Below, piece by piece: positions 24,771 to 38,040 of a stretch of DNA of 64,000 bases (position 1 is its first letter; every line of letters begins with the position of its first letter). Under the pieces are notes generated by a model. It made no database searches, was not told the origin of the DNA, and worked only from the letters and a program-made list of their open reading frames with translations. Source of the DNA: Rhynchobatus australiae (taxonomy: Eukaryota). A program made the position numbers and the translations under genes. The stretch spans positions 49,589,945-49,653,944 of the forward strand of contig JAUZTB010000001.1 in assembly GCA_034780895.1 (NCBI GenBank), in the 5' to 3' direction.

Positions 24771-27700
24771 TTAAACACCTGAAATTAAGGGTGAATTCTA
24801 TGTACTCAAATGTTAATGCTTTCTTCATGCCTGTTTTCTGTAAAAACATTGAAAACTAAAATATTTTACCACATTAAAAAGCAAAAATTCATAGCCTGTC
24901 ATTTAGCATTTAGACAAAATAGGATTGGATTAAAGGGAATTTAGGGGTTATGATGACTTGTTGAATGCTACCCATTTAGTTCCACGTTTAAAAAAAAGAC
25001 AACATTGATGAATCCTACCAATTCTAATTCTTTATTGAGAGACAAAAGGAAATTTTTGTTGAACAGTTGAACACCATTCTAAGTACATATTGCTAAGATT
25101 TCAGGAAATTCCCAAGCTATATCCAACATCTCACAACTAGTTCATTTCTCTGATTATTCCAAATTGTAACTACTTCGTGTCTTGGATAAAACTATTGATT
25201 GTCAATTTGCGTAGATAAATGAACACCAACCAAAATCCTGAAACAGAGGAATTTAATTTGTTAACTCAACTTTATTTAGTGGCATTGGTCATAAGACTTT
25301 GTGGGTCTGGTTTTCATTTGATTTTGGGATTGTGCCAATTTTGTGGAAGCAGTTTGTTTTTTACTTTGGTATGCATACATTAGAAGCATTGCACCTTTTT
25401 CTTTCTATATGCTGACCATAAACTTAAAGCAATTGGTTCTCTCTCACTGACACAGTATATTGAACCATTCAACCATTTCTAAAAGCTGACTTCTTTCTCC
25501 AGTCTTCCAACCAATGCACTGGTAGTATTAGCCCACTCAACACTCTTGTTGTCTTTGGCTCGCTGTAATCAGCATCAAGTACGATCGACTAATAGTTGTA
25601 AAATACCTTACAGTTAGTCTATTGAAAGCATAATAGTATCTTTTTCCTCTCAAATCTTATATTTATATCAGTATTTGTGCTTAGTTTAATCCTTTCTATC
25701 CCGCAGCTACTTGTTACGATTTCAAAATTCCAAAGAGTATAAAAAAATAAATCTGCAGTTGTTTCACATTAAGATCACAATCTCATGGAATTACTTCCAC
25801 AAAGTAAGCTTTTAAAAACTTGGTATGGACGTTACCAAATGTTAAAACATCACTAGGTGGATTATTCAATTAAATATTCAAGAGGCTAGGNNNNNNNNNN
25901 TAGCTCAGCATTGATTCACTAAAGGACAACAAATGTTTTTGTAATCTGAAGTTGACAGTAATGTTTATCTGGTGTTAACTCCTGCTGCATTACTTAACAA
26001 TGGAATAATACTTAAATATCATCCTACAATTCATTTTGTTGTACAAGTACAAATTAGTTCAACATGAAATTATTTATACAAGAATCTATTTGGAGCATCG
26101 AAGGAGAAAAACCTATTATCAAGGACCGGTTGACAGATCAATTCCTGAAACCAGAGATTAGCCTGTCCATTTTATGAACAATGATAGGACGAAATGAAAA
26201 TTGAAAAGCAAACTTCAGAATTAACTTTTCAACATAACATTCTTTCCAAGGTTTGCATCACTGTCTAAAATTTTAGGAAATGCCAATAAAGTGAGAAATA
26301 GCTAAGATTCCTAAGGAAACCGTACAAGTGGTCAACATTTAATAAATAGTCATGATCCAGAAGCAGCCATTTGGGATATTGGAATGTTTAAAGTTAAACT
26401 TGGGAGTCATATTAATAGTGCCTAGGGCACTACTCACAATTAAATGATAAGGTCAAATTCTTTGTACAAGATGGCATCAACACTCTGGACAATCCTCCAA
26501 GGGGCCAAATCCAACAATTATTAGAGTTAACAAACCTATTTATAAGTGGTAAATGTTATCCGCAAGTCACAAATTGTGGTTGTGCTAAAAGGATAAAATA
26601 TTTCAGGGAAGTGCAACATTCCAATAACATTAATCAAACATCCACGTTGCTGCATGCAGAATGTTAATTCTCTGTCAACGCATGCTTGATGGTCACTGCA
26701 GNNNNNNNNNNNNNNNNNNNNNNNNNNNNNNNNNNNNNNNNNNNNNNNNNNNNNNNNNNNNNNNNNNNNNNNNNNNNNNNNNNNNNNNNNNNNNNNNNNN
26801 NGGACAAGGGAGGTCAAAGGGCCCTTGTCTGTGCAGCATCTACGACCCTTCAGATGAAGTAATGTCAAAAGGCACCCAGCCCAAAGGGAGTAGACATAAT
26901 TTAATCTCCATTTTAAAAGATATACATTGTTTGTATTTACGAATATTTTACACAAATACCACAACACATGGAATTTTGTATGCACAGACATTAGAGCACT
27001 GGAGTGCAATTTAAGATGAGCTCAGACTTTCACAATAACACAAGTTTATATCATCAATTCCTACTCTGATGTGGATGTAGGAATTTAGAATGGAAAAATG
27101 ACAAATGTAACAGGAAGCACATTCAGATACTGAACTTTTATACAAGTAAACAAGCACACGGCTCCATCTGCTTCATTCTTGTGTAAATCAGATAATTACA
27201 AAAAAGATAGCAACACGGGAACTCTGGTGATGCAACCAAATTCCACAGGCACAAAAAACAGTCATGTCCAAAGGGCAAGAAGCAAAAGAGGCATGTAAAA
27301 GAAATAATGAAATATATTTTAAAATTTAAGGAAGGAAGTCCAGCAAGAGAGCTGTACTTCAAAAGTTCCTTGAGGGAAGCACCCTATATTTTATTTAAAT
27401 CTAATTAAAAGCTTTAATTGCCAATAAAATGATATTTTAAGTCAAATATCTGTACTGATATAGATGTTCTTGACTAAATTTGAGTGTTTACATTAAAGGG
27501 AAAAGCATATTTTGATTTATGAATTCTCCCTAAATGTAATGGTTTTCTTGGGATGTAACTCTTGTAAATCAATGGATACCCACACTAAAATATGCAGCAA
27601 ATAACCCTACTTCTTGTTCTATGATAAATCTCAGAGCAGTTGAAGATAGCTGGGCTCAAGGAAGCACCTTCAGGAACTCTCTCAGCAATGCCTTGAAACC

Positions 27701-28224
27701 AAGTTAACTGGCCTAAAGTAATCACCAACTTCTGATTCAGCCAGGACTCTGACTGCAATAGAGTTCCTTCCACCCATCACACCCCCCCCCCTCCCACCAA
27801 TTTTATGAAGATCCCTTGGGGCCATGTTCATCAAAAGTCATTATATGTCATACAGTCAGTTTCAACTCATCTCTGGAATTCATTCATTGCCAAATGTGAA
27901 GCAGAAAATCAGTTCAAATTTGTTGAACACATTAAATGTACGAGATTCTCTGGGAAACTTACGGGAATCAATGATCACGATATTTAGCAAATGGCAGGAC
28001 AAGAATTCTAAAATTCTAATTATATCTTATCAAAGTTCAGATTAAGATTTATATAAAATTAACATTCAGCATCTGTACTAATTTTTTTATAAATACAAAG
28101 CTAATCCTCCATTGCACTGAAGTTCAAGTTTCTTGGCTGCAAACATTTTAAAATGGTGTATTTTATCATCTTTAGTCTGCACAAGTAGAAAGCTGATACT
28201 GCTGTAATAAAACCACAATCTTAC

Positions 28225-28322
28225 CTTGAGTTCAGCTACTTGTGAAGAAATGTGCCACATCAGGCTTTCACTGAGAAACTTCATTCCATATGGACCCAGA
28301 AGTTCTGAAAGAGCTCTCATTT
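28225..28322 (-). CDS. NCKAP1: NCKAP1 exon ~23 (98 nt)
   Basis: ccacag|AA ATG AGA...CTC AAG|gtaaga; [32 protein letters not shown]. Confidence 0.95.
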
Positions 28323-29966
28323 CTGTGGGAAAATATGCAAGCTATGTCAGTGCATATACCACTTCACTAGTACAAGTCTGACATCAAACTAATAATCATT
28401 CTGTCAAAGTCTGTCTGCAGTAATGAAGCTCGAGCATACTAGGGAATNNNNNNNNNNNNNNNNNNNNNNNNNNNNNNNNNNNNNNNNNNNNNNNNNNNNN
28501 NNNNNNNNNNNNNNNNNNNNNNNNNNNNNNNNNNNNNNNNNNNNNNNGGAATGACAGATATATTTAAACTCCAGTATCAGTATTTTTATTTCTGGAAAAA
28601 GTAAAATAAATTACTGAAAACATTTTTCAGTAAACAAACGGGAATAGAACTCAAGTAGAAAATCAATGACTTGCTACTGTGTTGTATCATTCAGGAAATT
28701 ATCAATGATGATGATTGAAAGGAGAGAGGACAAAGGGAAAGGCAGGAAGGAGTTTATGTCAGGGATGAAGCCAATAAAAAAAAATTGCACTCAAATAAAA
28801 ATTTTAGACACTGGAGTACCAGGACCAATATTGGACAACAAGGACAAGATGTTATGTGATTAGAAACCAGGTTATGGTATGGCAATATTTTGGATGAACT
28901 GATGCTTACAGTTTAGAAGATGAAAGGAAAGCGTTGGGTGAACAGCAGCAAATGAGTAGACAAGGGTAATGCTGAATACATTTTTGAGGCAAGTAAGCAG
29001 TCTTCATCAAAAGAGGGGAAGACAAATGAAGCAGATCTTAACCCTAGGTTAAATACAAAGGAGAATGTCTAATGGAAGGGAATTAGGTCAAAGGCAGAGG
29101 AGAGGAGTTTCTAACAGAGAAATGTAGCTCATCTCTAAATATCAAAGTACACAAACTGCAAAAAACTGAGGCAATTTAGAGAAAAGTGTCAAAAGAAGAA
29201 CAGGGTTTCATCAACATACAAGTTATAAGTGTCTAAAGCTTCATGTCCAAGGGTAATGTTATTAAACGGCTGCACAACCACGATAACCACAAAGATCTTT
29301 AGAGGACAAAAACATCTGGTGAAAATGCTTTTGCCATGTATTCAAACAATGAGAAGAGATCCAGTGAGCTGGGTAAGAAATCTTGGATGAAGTGATAGTG
29401 GCTGAAGGAACACTGTACACGTCATCTTCAGTAGTCATGATGTAAACATTATAACTTGTGGTACTTTTTGAGTAATTTTTGGTTTTATAGCAGTAGCAGA
29501 AACAGAGAAATTCAAAGAGGGATTACAAAAAAAGTTACACACTAATTTAAGAGATGACAAATTTAACGATATCTAAGAGGATGGAAAAGCTAAAAGGTGA
29601 ACTACAGTTTGAATGTAAGAAAGACCAAGGATTTATTTTTGTATAATCAGCTAAAATGGGAGGACCAGTACTGAAGTCGTGCACAGTTCACTGGGAATTG
29701 GAGTAGGAGATGGGATTCACAGGCACAAAATCATCTCAGAAAAAGGCACAGGAAAGAAATTAGCACAAATTCAGAGATTCAAGGTTAGGATAAGGAGGTA
29801 TAACAATGGAAGCAAAAGAAATGGCTGAAAGGATAAATCCAAAGCTTAATAGCAGATAAATCCATGGGTTCCTAAAGCAGCTTGAGAGAGTGGATTGGGA
29901 TATTTGGCAGGAGCATAAGCAGCTCTAGGGTACCTCTCCAGTAGAATTATAGGGCAATAGAATAGA

Positions 29967-30181
29967 GGCAGCACAGTAGCGTAGCGGTTTGCGCAACGCT
30001 ATTACAGCGCCAGTGATTGGGGTTCAATTCCCGTCGCTGTAAGGAGTTTGTACGTTCTCTTGTGTCTGCGTGGATTTCCTCCGGATGCTCCGGTTTCCTC
30101 CCACATTCTAAAAGATGTACGGGTAGGTTAATTTGGGGTTTAAAATGGGCGATGCGGACTTGTTGGGCTGGAAGGGCCTGT
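29967..30181 (+). mobile_element. V-SINE copy A, ends at a gap
   Basis: tRNA head with A box (tagcgtagcgg) and B box (ggttcaattccc), followed by the V domain. Confidence 0.9.
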
Positions 30182-30281
30182 NNNNNNNNNNNNNNNNNNN
30201 NNNNNNNNNNNNNNNNNNNNNNNNNNNNNNNNNNNNNNNNNNNNNNNNNNNNNNNNNNNNNNNNNNNNNNNNNNNNNNNNN

Positions 30282-30437
30282 ACGTCTTTGGAATGTGGGA
30301 GGAAACCGGAGCACCCGGAGGAAACCCACGCAGACACAGGGAGAACGTACAAACTCTTTACGGACAGTGGCGGGAATCAAACCCGGGTCACTGGCGCTGT
30401 AATAGCATCGTGCTAACCACTACGCTACCGTGCCGCC
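30282..30437 (-). mobile_element. V-SINE copy B, inverted relative to A
   Basis: Reverse complement of head plus V domain, ending gctaaccactacgctaccgtgccgcc. Confidence 0.9.
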
Positions 30438-30449
30438 CCCAAATCGGAA

Positions 30450-30672
30450 TTAATCGGAACCTGAGGGGCAACTTTTTCACCCAGAGGATGGTCAGTATAT
30501 GGGATGAGCTGCCAGAGGAACATTTAAAAGGTATTTGGACAGGTACATGGATAGGAAAGGGTTAGAGAAATATGACATGGATATGGCCCAAACACGGGCA
30601 AATAGGACTAGCTTAGCTGGGAATCTTGGTCAGCATGGACTAATTGGGCCGAAGGGCCTGTTTCCCTGCTGT
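30450..30672 (+). mobile_element. CR1 LINE 3' end
   Basis: LRGNFFTQRMVSIWDELPEE...; ttgggccgaagggcctgtttcc.tgctgt terminus. Confidence 0.8.
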
Positions 30673-31804
30673 GTGGATATATGGCTTATTTCAAGGAAGA
30701 TCGACTTTGAAAGTTATATACTGTACATGTAGAGCAGGAGGGTGTCCCCACAAGTCTTCCTGTGGATAGGGTATTCGTTGAGGTGTGATCACATGACCTC
30801 CCAGGCCAACAAATGGCCTCACCCTCACCACCCAGCTGCTGCCATTGGTCACCTGATGTCCACCTCCTGCTTCATCAGCTGGAGACCAAACAGGCTGTTA
30901 CCCTGATTCCTGACCGTCAAAGAAGCCTTTCACTCGCCCAGCTGATACAAACGTTCAAACGGAAAACTTGTTGAAAACGGTGAACTTTCTGCCAGGCTGC
31001 CCTCAGCAGCAACCGAGAGATGAATGATTGGTTCTGGGAGACTCCAAGCCAAAACTGAGAGGTTAGATGACTGCGTCCACCTTGTTCCCCATCACAACAG
31101 CAGGACCCAGATTCCTTTGGGTCACATTGCACCCCATTAAATTCTTCCACACTCCAGTATCGCCATGGGCATTAACAATTTATTAGCACTTTGCAAACCA
31201 TGATCCTGCTAAAATGCACTGCCCTTGGCTAAACGGTGGTTAAGTCACTGCTTATACTAAGAGATTCCAAGGATCACTTCTGAACAGCAAGACTGGCTTG
31301 GCACTCAGAGTTGATAATCGCTCTCGCTCCACATTTTGTAAACTGTGATGCGTGTCATTAGCATTTTACTTGAACATCAGAAGGGACTTTCATAAATACC
31401 TTCATATTTGTCCTAAGGGCAATTAGCTGTCTGCAAATTTGACCAAGTTCTACCCCCAACACACAGCTTAAATCAACAGGAGTTTCCAGGGGTCCACATG
31501 CAGGTCCCATTGTGAGAAACAATGTGGAAGCACTGATCCATGAATCTCATCCTCATGTGTTGACTGTGAGACAGGGACATGAAAAGCTTTCTGCTCGAGG
31601 TGAGGACATCAGTACTACAGCACGAGCTGCTGCTTCGGATGTTTTGCTGAGAACTCTCACACAGCATGAGCCACAGAAAACTGGACAATCTGACCTCAGC
31701 TATGACCATTAACCTTCATTTAAGGAGACACTTGTCTCCAAATTACAACCAAGGGCCTGCACTGAACTTTATCACTTGTGCATATTAAACAAATACCGTG
31801 CCTC

Positions 31805-32037
31805 TAGCATAGCAGTTAGTGTGACGCTATTACAGCGCCAGCGATCAGAGTTCGATTCCCGTCGCTGTCTGTAAGGAGTTTGTACATTCTCCCGTGTCTG
31901 TGTGGGTTTCCTCCGGGTGCCCCGGTTTCCTCCCACATTCTAAAGATGTACGGGTAGGTTAATTTGGGGTTTAAAATGGGCGATGCGGACTTGTTGGGCT
32001 GGAAGGGCCTGTTACCACGCTGTAAACATAAAAAAAT
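31805..32037 (+). mobile_element. V-SINE copy C, near full length
   Basis: B box gagttcgattccc, V domain, 3' tail gggcctgttaccacgctgtaaacataaaaaaa. Confidence 0.9.
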
Positions 32038-32879
32038 GAGTATAATAAAATAACAGGAGGCAATGGGCAAGGTTAGGCGAAATAAACTATTTCATTCTTC
32101 ACTGCAGAAGTGAATAGTGCTCCCTTCAAAATTTGCACAGTATTAAAAAATTAATTCTTGGCCATTTTTGAAAACAATCTTATTGCACTGAATCAGAGTT
32201 AAATCGAGGCCTCAATTCTACTAAACTGAAAATATACAATTTGTCTGGCAAACTAAGTTCAGATGTTTTGAGGAACAGAACTTTTAAAATTTTAGATTTG
32301 CACATTAGCCAAAAACTAATTTTATGGGTTTTTTTTGCTTATAAAATAATCCTTGCATACCAAAGAGCTATAACCACTTAACTTTATGACTCAGCTGAGA
32401 CAGCAGTGTGCATTTAAAGGTTTTGCTCCTGTTGATAATTATTAGGCACCAGTCAGTGCCTTTGGATACAAGTCAGAGATGGTGTGAAAGAAAATCTGGT
32501 CACAATGCTATTTCATGAATGTTATTTACCAGAAGTATAAACATGGTCTTGATTATGTCTACAGCGACTGTATGCAGTTACATTCATGATTGGTAATTTA
32601 AATGCAGCGGGGAAACAGACACTTTTTTTTAAAAAAGCCATCAGCATGTGCCAGAGAATACTGGCAACCCTCAGCATTTTTGGAACAGTGTTTTACGGAC
32701 AAATCTTTTCCAGTCGGTTGAATAGTTTATTTATGAAAAGGCATGGTGTCTCATCCAAAAGACAAGATTCTTATATTCTTGCATTATATTTTAAGACGAC
32801 AATACATTTGGGGCCACCAAATGCTTTTTTTTAAAAAAATTGATGCAAAAGCTTAAAGATGTATCTCAAAAGGTTAGAG

Positions 32880-34760
32880 TGTGGAAGGAGGCCATTCAAC
32901 CCATCAAGTCTCTCAGAGCAATCCAACTGCTACCCATTCTTTCACCAGCTCCTAACAGACCTACAAATGCTTTCCTTTAAGATACTTATCCAGCTCCCTT
33001 CTGAATACTATAATTGAATCCGCCCCCAGTTCTAACCTCAGCAGTGCATTCCATACCTTAACCACTCACTTAAACACAATTTTTCTCACGTCATTTTGGT
33101 TTTTTAGTAATCACCTTCATTATATGCTCTCTGGTCCCTGACATTTCAACCAATGGGAAGTGTTTTTTTTAAATCTCCACTATCTTTACTCATCATGATT
33201 TAGCATGCCTCCATCCGTCTGTTCATACCTCCTCTATTGCCTAGAGTCATTTTAGTCTCTCTCTTCTGCACTCTCTCTAAAACCTCCGCATCTTTCCCAA
33301 GTCCAAATCATTAATACATATTAAGAAAATTAGTGGTCATAGTACCAACTCCTGAAAGTTCCATTGTGTTTCCCTCTAGTCTGAAAAACTACCACTCTGC
33401 TTCCTGTTAATCAGCTAGTCTTCTATCCATATTGCTACAGCCTCATATTCCTGGAGTCTTTCATGCAAAATTGTTGCAAGCCCACAGCAATTACATCCCT
33501 GGGCAACCCATTGAATTCAAAAAACTATCAATTTAGTTAAACAGGATTTGCCTTTAAATCCATGCTTGCATTCTCTAATCTATTTGCACCTATTCAAGTG
33601 AATAGTATTGTCTCCAAATGTTAGAACTATGCCCACCAAGGTTATATCAATTGGTGCATAGTTATTGGGTTTATCTCTACATGCTTTTTTTTGGAATGGA
33701 GTTAACATTTTCTATTCTACAGCCCTCCTGAATCCATAGGTGTTTGGAAGATATGGCCAAGGCCTCTACGATTCTTATTCCTCCCACACTTCAGTCTACA
33801 ACCTAGGATGCATCCCTTCAGAACCAGTTATTTATCAGAAAGGCAAGCTGCATTTTAACATCTCCTCAATTTTAGTATCCAGAATCTGAATTGCATCCTT
33901 TGCTGCGACTCCAACAGCACCTTCTTCCTTGGTGGGTGACTGACATGAAATATTTATTTAGTGCCTCAGCCAGATTTCCTTTTTTTAAGTTTCTGATAGG
34001 CCCCTCCTCCTTTCTTACAATGTTTTTGCTGTTTACATGTGTCCAGAATATTTTTGGGCTCCCTTTTGTGTCCACTACCAGCCTTTTCTCAGGCTTTCTC
34101 TTCATTTTCATTTCTCCATTGATCTTTTGGTAATCAGCCTGATTCTCATTTGTGTTAACCACCTGGCAGCGGTCAGATTTTTTTTTATATATACAAGTGA
34201 AGTGGGCTTCGCAGGCTGAGCCAGCACTTAATTGCCCATTCCTAGTTGCTCGGTGTTACACTATTCTTTTGGTCATCCAGGCTCTGGCTTTAATTTTTCT
34301 AATTTTCTCCAACATGGAACAGTTTCAGCCACAATCTAGGTACATCTCCATCTTAATGGCCTCCCTTAGTTCAAATACAGTTTTGCCTTCCAAGCTTCAT
34401 GTCCAATTTACCTGGTCCAGATAAGTTCTCATCCACTGAAAATGGCCCATCTCCAACTGACTATTTTTACCTTGGACTGTTCTATATCTTTTTTTTTAAA
34501 TAGGCATTCTAAATCTTACTTTATTATGAGCACTGTTTCCTGGATGTTTCTCCCACCAATACTTGCTCCACATGGCCTGGCTCTTCTCCCAGAACCAAGT
34601 CCCCTAATGCCACATTCCTCATTGGGCCAGGAACATATCAATATCGTCTTCCTAAATATACTTCAGAAGCTCCTTCTCCTCTCCACCACTGCTTGTGTTG
34701 TTATCCCAGCATATAGATTGTTGAAGTTCTGTTATCATCACTGCTTTATGGCTTCTATAC
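32880..34760 (-). mobile_element. Old, heavily decayed CR1 LINE
   Basis: 3' tail ggaggccattcaacccatcaagtc; remnant ORF PKIFWTHVNSK...EGPIRNLKKGNLAEALNKYFMSV; boundaries approximate. Confidence 0.65.
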
Positions 34761-36117
34761 CTCTCCAATTTCTCTGAAACTTTGCTCTTCAATATCATTC
34801 CCACTTGTTGGAGACAGCAAGCACAGCCCTACTGCCTCCAACCCTAAATTAATAAAAATGAAGCGAAGGCGAACAAGTGGATTAATAACAACATGGCACA
34901 GCATGCTCAGTATAGCATACCATAGTTGGCAATATGGCAACGGAAAATATTGGATGTTCTGATAATGAAATGAAAATCATTTACGTGTATAGTTAACTAT
35001 TCTCAACATCCAGTTCAATTGTCACAGTGGATGTATGCAATCTCAAGAGAGGAGCAAAGTTATGCAGAGATACCAACTCGAATTTATATCTCACAGTGGG
35101 TAACTGGATACAAATTTAGATTGAGTAATCTGGATTAATCTGAATCTACATTGAGTAAGATAATTGAGTTATAATATAAACTCAATTAACAGAGCTAAAA
35201 CCATTTTTATATACAAAAAGGCTATGACTGATTGAATTACATTACCTGGAATACTCTTCAATTTCATTACATGTCTGGCCTGTAACTAAATTTATACTGC
35301 TTTGTAGAATTAGATGTTTCAGCAAATGGATTCAGTTTTAAAGCCTCACACATTGTGCCAAGCTTTTCTGCAGAGCATATAGGAGACTGAACAACTTTAA
35401 AATCTGTGACTATTAATGAAATGAAATCTATGTTTGAATGCCTTCGGCATCGATGTGATCAGAAATTGAGGTTTAATGCTCTATGTTCAGTAGGAATTTC
35501 ACAAGAACACATCCGCCTAATTTACAATTTTTTTCTGAACAGCGATACAATTTCATTACTGTCTTTCCGTGGAAAAGGACTCACTTATGACTGCTATCCA
35601 AAAACTACCAAAGGAAATTCACTTGGTACACACTTTAGGCTAATATTGGAAGATTGGCTAAACGAACAGATTTGTTTTAGGCTTGCCCTAGAATTGTGCC
35701 AAATTAAAGATCCCCAAACGTTATTGCAGATAACCCAAAAGAACCATAGAGTTTAGAAAAATAGTACCCACGGAACTAGACACAGAAAAGGATGCATGCC
35801 TTCATTTGACGAAGGGAGAAACGGACAAAAAGGAGACAAAGAGTTAAATCTCTTCCATTGAAAAACATTTGAATTCACCAATTGAAAATGCATGTGGTCA
35901 CTTCACACAAGCAGTTTCTTGGCAGTAATGATGGGTCTCTGATTTCTGCTACTAATAGCTAGAAACAGACAGAACATTGAGGCAAGTAAGGTCATGGAAA
36001 AGTGGAGGCACATGGTGGGTTAACAGAACTGTCTCGACAGGCAAATGTCTGAATGTGATTAATTGACCATCAGAAAATTAAGGATATTCAGTAGAAAATA
36101 TTTTCTAACTTCTTTAC

Positions 36118-36248
36118 CAGAGATGTCTGAATATTCTTCTGCGTTAAACGTCAGTTCACTCTCAGTGGGCAGATTTACAAATGCCTTCATGGCTGGAAAG
36201 TATGCAATGTGTCCATTGCTCACTTGTCGCAGAAGAGTTTCCAGATAC
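36118..36248 (-). CDS. NCKAP1: NCKAP1 exon ~22 (131 nt)
   Basis: acacag|G TAT CTG...ATC TCT G|gtaaag; [43 protein letters not shown]; the preceding intron is only 99 nt. Confidence 0.95.
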
Positions 36249-36347
36249 CTGTGTAAATGTACAGTTAAATAAGATCGTCCTTAAACATTAATAGCATCAG
36301 GTAAGGTATTTTTCATAATTTGAAACTTACATCATTTCAATACTTAC

Positions 36348-36566
36348 CAATTGGTGTATAAACTGGTTATGGTAGGTTCACCATGACTATCTAAATGCTG
36401 TGTCTGTTGGAGAAGGACATTGTTAAAAACTCTGGTAATATCAATCTGCACATAATTTTCTATGGATTGAAGTACAGTCATGTAAGCTTTCACACTTGTC
36501 AGAAGCTCAGAAGGTTTGGCAATCTCCTGTGTAGCTTGATTGTACATCGTCATCCCCACAATTGAC
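36348..36566 (-). CDS. NCKAP1: NCKAP1 exon ~21 (219 nt)
   Basis: tttcag|G TCA ATT GTG...ACC AAT TG|gtaagt; [22 protein letters not shown]...[12 protein letters not shown]. Confidence 0.95.
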
Positions 36567-37908
36567 CTGAAATTGAAATCCAAAATGCACGTTTTAAAGT
36601 TAAACAATAATACTTGCATACAACAATGACATATGACATAACATATGCATGACTCAATTTTCTGCAAAATTATGCTTGCAAGGCTAAATGAAGTGACTCG
36701 TGGGCAAGTGAGCACTATTGAATGAACAAATATGGATATCAACAACCATTGTATTTGACTTCATAACCCTAATTTCAACAATTTTAGAAGTCGTGCAATT
36801 ATTTTCTTTACATTCTTAAATTCTCACTTTATGACCCAAATGATCAGGAGCGACGTCCATCAGACCATGCAGTTTTGATTTTTTAGACTGATTACAAACA
36901 AATATACAAGTACAATAAATGTACTTTGAGAAATGATTCAGATAGAACTGTTTCTAATCTTACGTAGGGATAATATACCCATACAAGTCAAAAATGGTCC
37001 AGGAAAAAGTGAAACAAGAAAATAACTTTAACAAGCCAAACGTTTTACCTGTTTGACAGTTCATAAATATGAAGTTATTTCAGTTGACAATAGCATCTTT
37101 GATTGAGCCAAAGTGTTAAATTTCAGTTTAAATTTTCTATTTTGCCTGTTACATACAAACCTAAAATAGTTGGATACTGAAGTACCTGGATATTTAGTTG
37201 AACCCTATCTTTACACAAGGGGTTGGGGTGGGGAAGAAACTTTTTTGTGAAACCATGCCAATTTTCTTCCCTCTTACAGCAATAATTCTTTAATTTAGCA
37301 CAGTTCCATGACACCAGGCACCACACACAAATGATTATTTATGTAGAGGTCTAGACGTTACCAGTCCTGTCAGTAGATTATTTTACCAGAGGGAACAATG
37401 CAGTCGACCCCATACCTGCTGCCTTGAAACTTTAGCAGTTTCCCAGATAATCAGAAAATCGGTCAATATTGCTCATCTTAATTAAGGAGGCTGAAACACC
37501 CTTACACAACAGGAAATGAATCCACAAACTTTCATAGAAATGTAAAACTCTGATTCATAAATCTGCAGCTTAGTGGGAATGGCCCCCTTTATAGGAAACC
37601 CTGCTTTCTTATTCCAGAACATCTACATCCCAAAAGACTTTAATTAACTGCAATGACTAGTTGTCTGGTTCTTGCATCTTTATTGTGGGGAAATAACCAA
37701 AGCTTTGAATGCACTCTCAATGGCCAAAATCAAGGAGATGAAACTGGGTACTATCTCTCCACTGCATACAAATTAGTTCTTCGCAATTTTGGCCTTGGCT
37801 TGAAAAGTGGATTTTTTTTTGCAATATTAGCCTTTCAATTACAGTCGTCTTTAAATATCCCATGCTTCTGTGCACAATATTTCTTTCACCATTGTAAAAC
37901 ATTCTTAC

Positions 37909-38040
37909 TTAGTGAAGCGGATTTCCAAATGTGAAGTAAGGTACTCTCGAGGTGTAAAGGTGTGCTCCCAGACTACTAAATTAGGAACGTAATTGATAGA
38001 GAAACAAAGCTCAGAGAGAGCAGTGTGCAGCTTGTCCAAA
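37909..38040 (-). CDS. NCKAP1: NCKAP1 exon ~20 (132 nt)
   Basis: tttcag|T TTG GAC AAG...TTC ACT AA|gtaaga; [43 protein letters not shown]. Confidence 0.95.

Noticed and set aside
28611-28633. 10-bp perfect hairpins (also 35161-35188; 8-bp at 45719-45735)
   Set aside because: A few stems of this length are expected by chance in 64 kb of AT-rich DNA; no miRNA or snoRNA features.
29967-30040. tRNA gene (A and B boxes present)
   Set aside because: It runs directly into a V-SINE body, so it is a SINE head.
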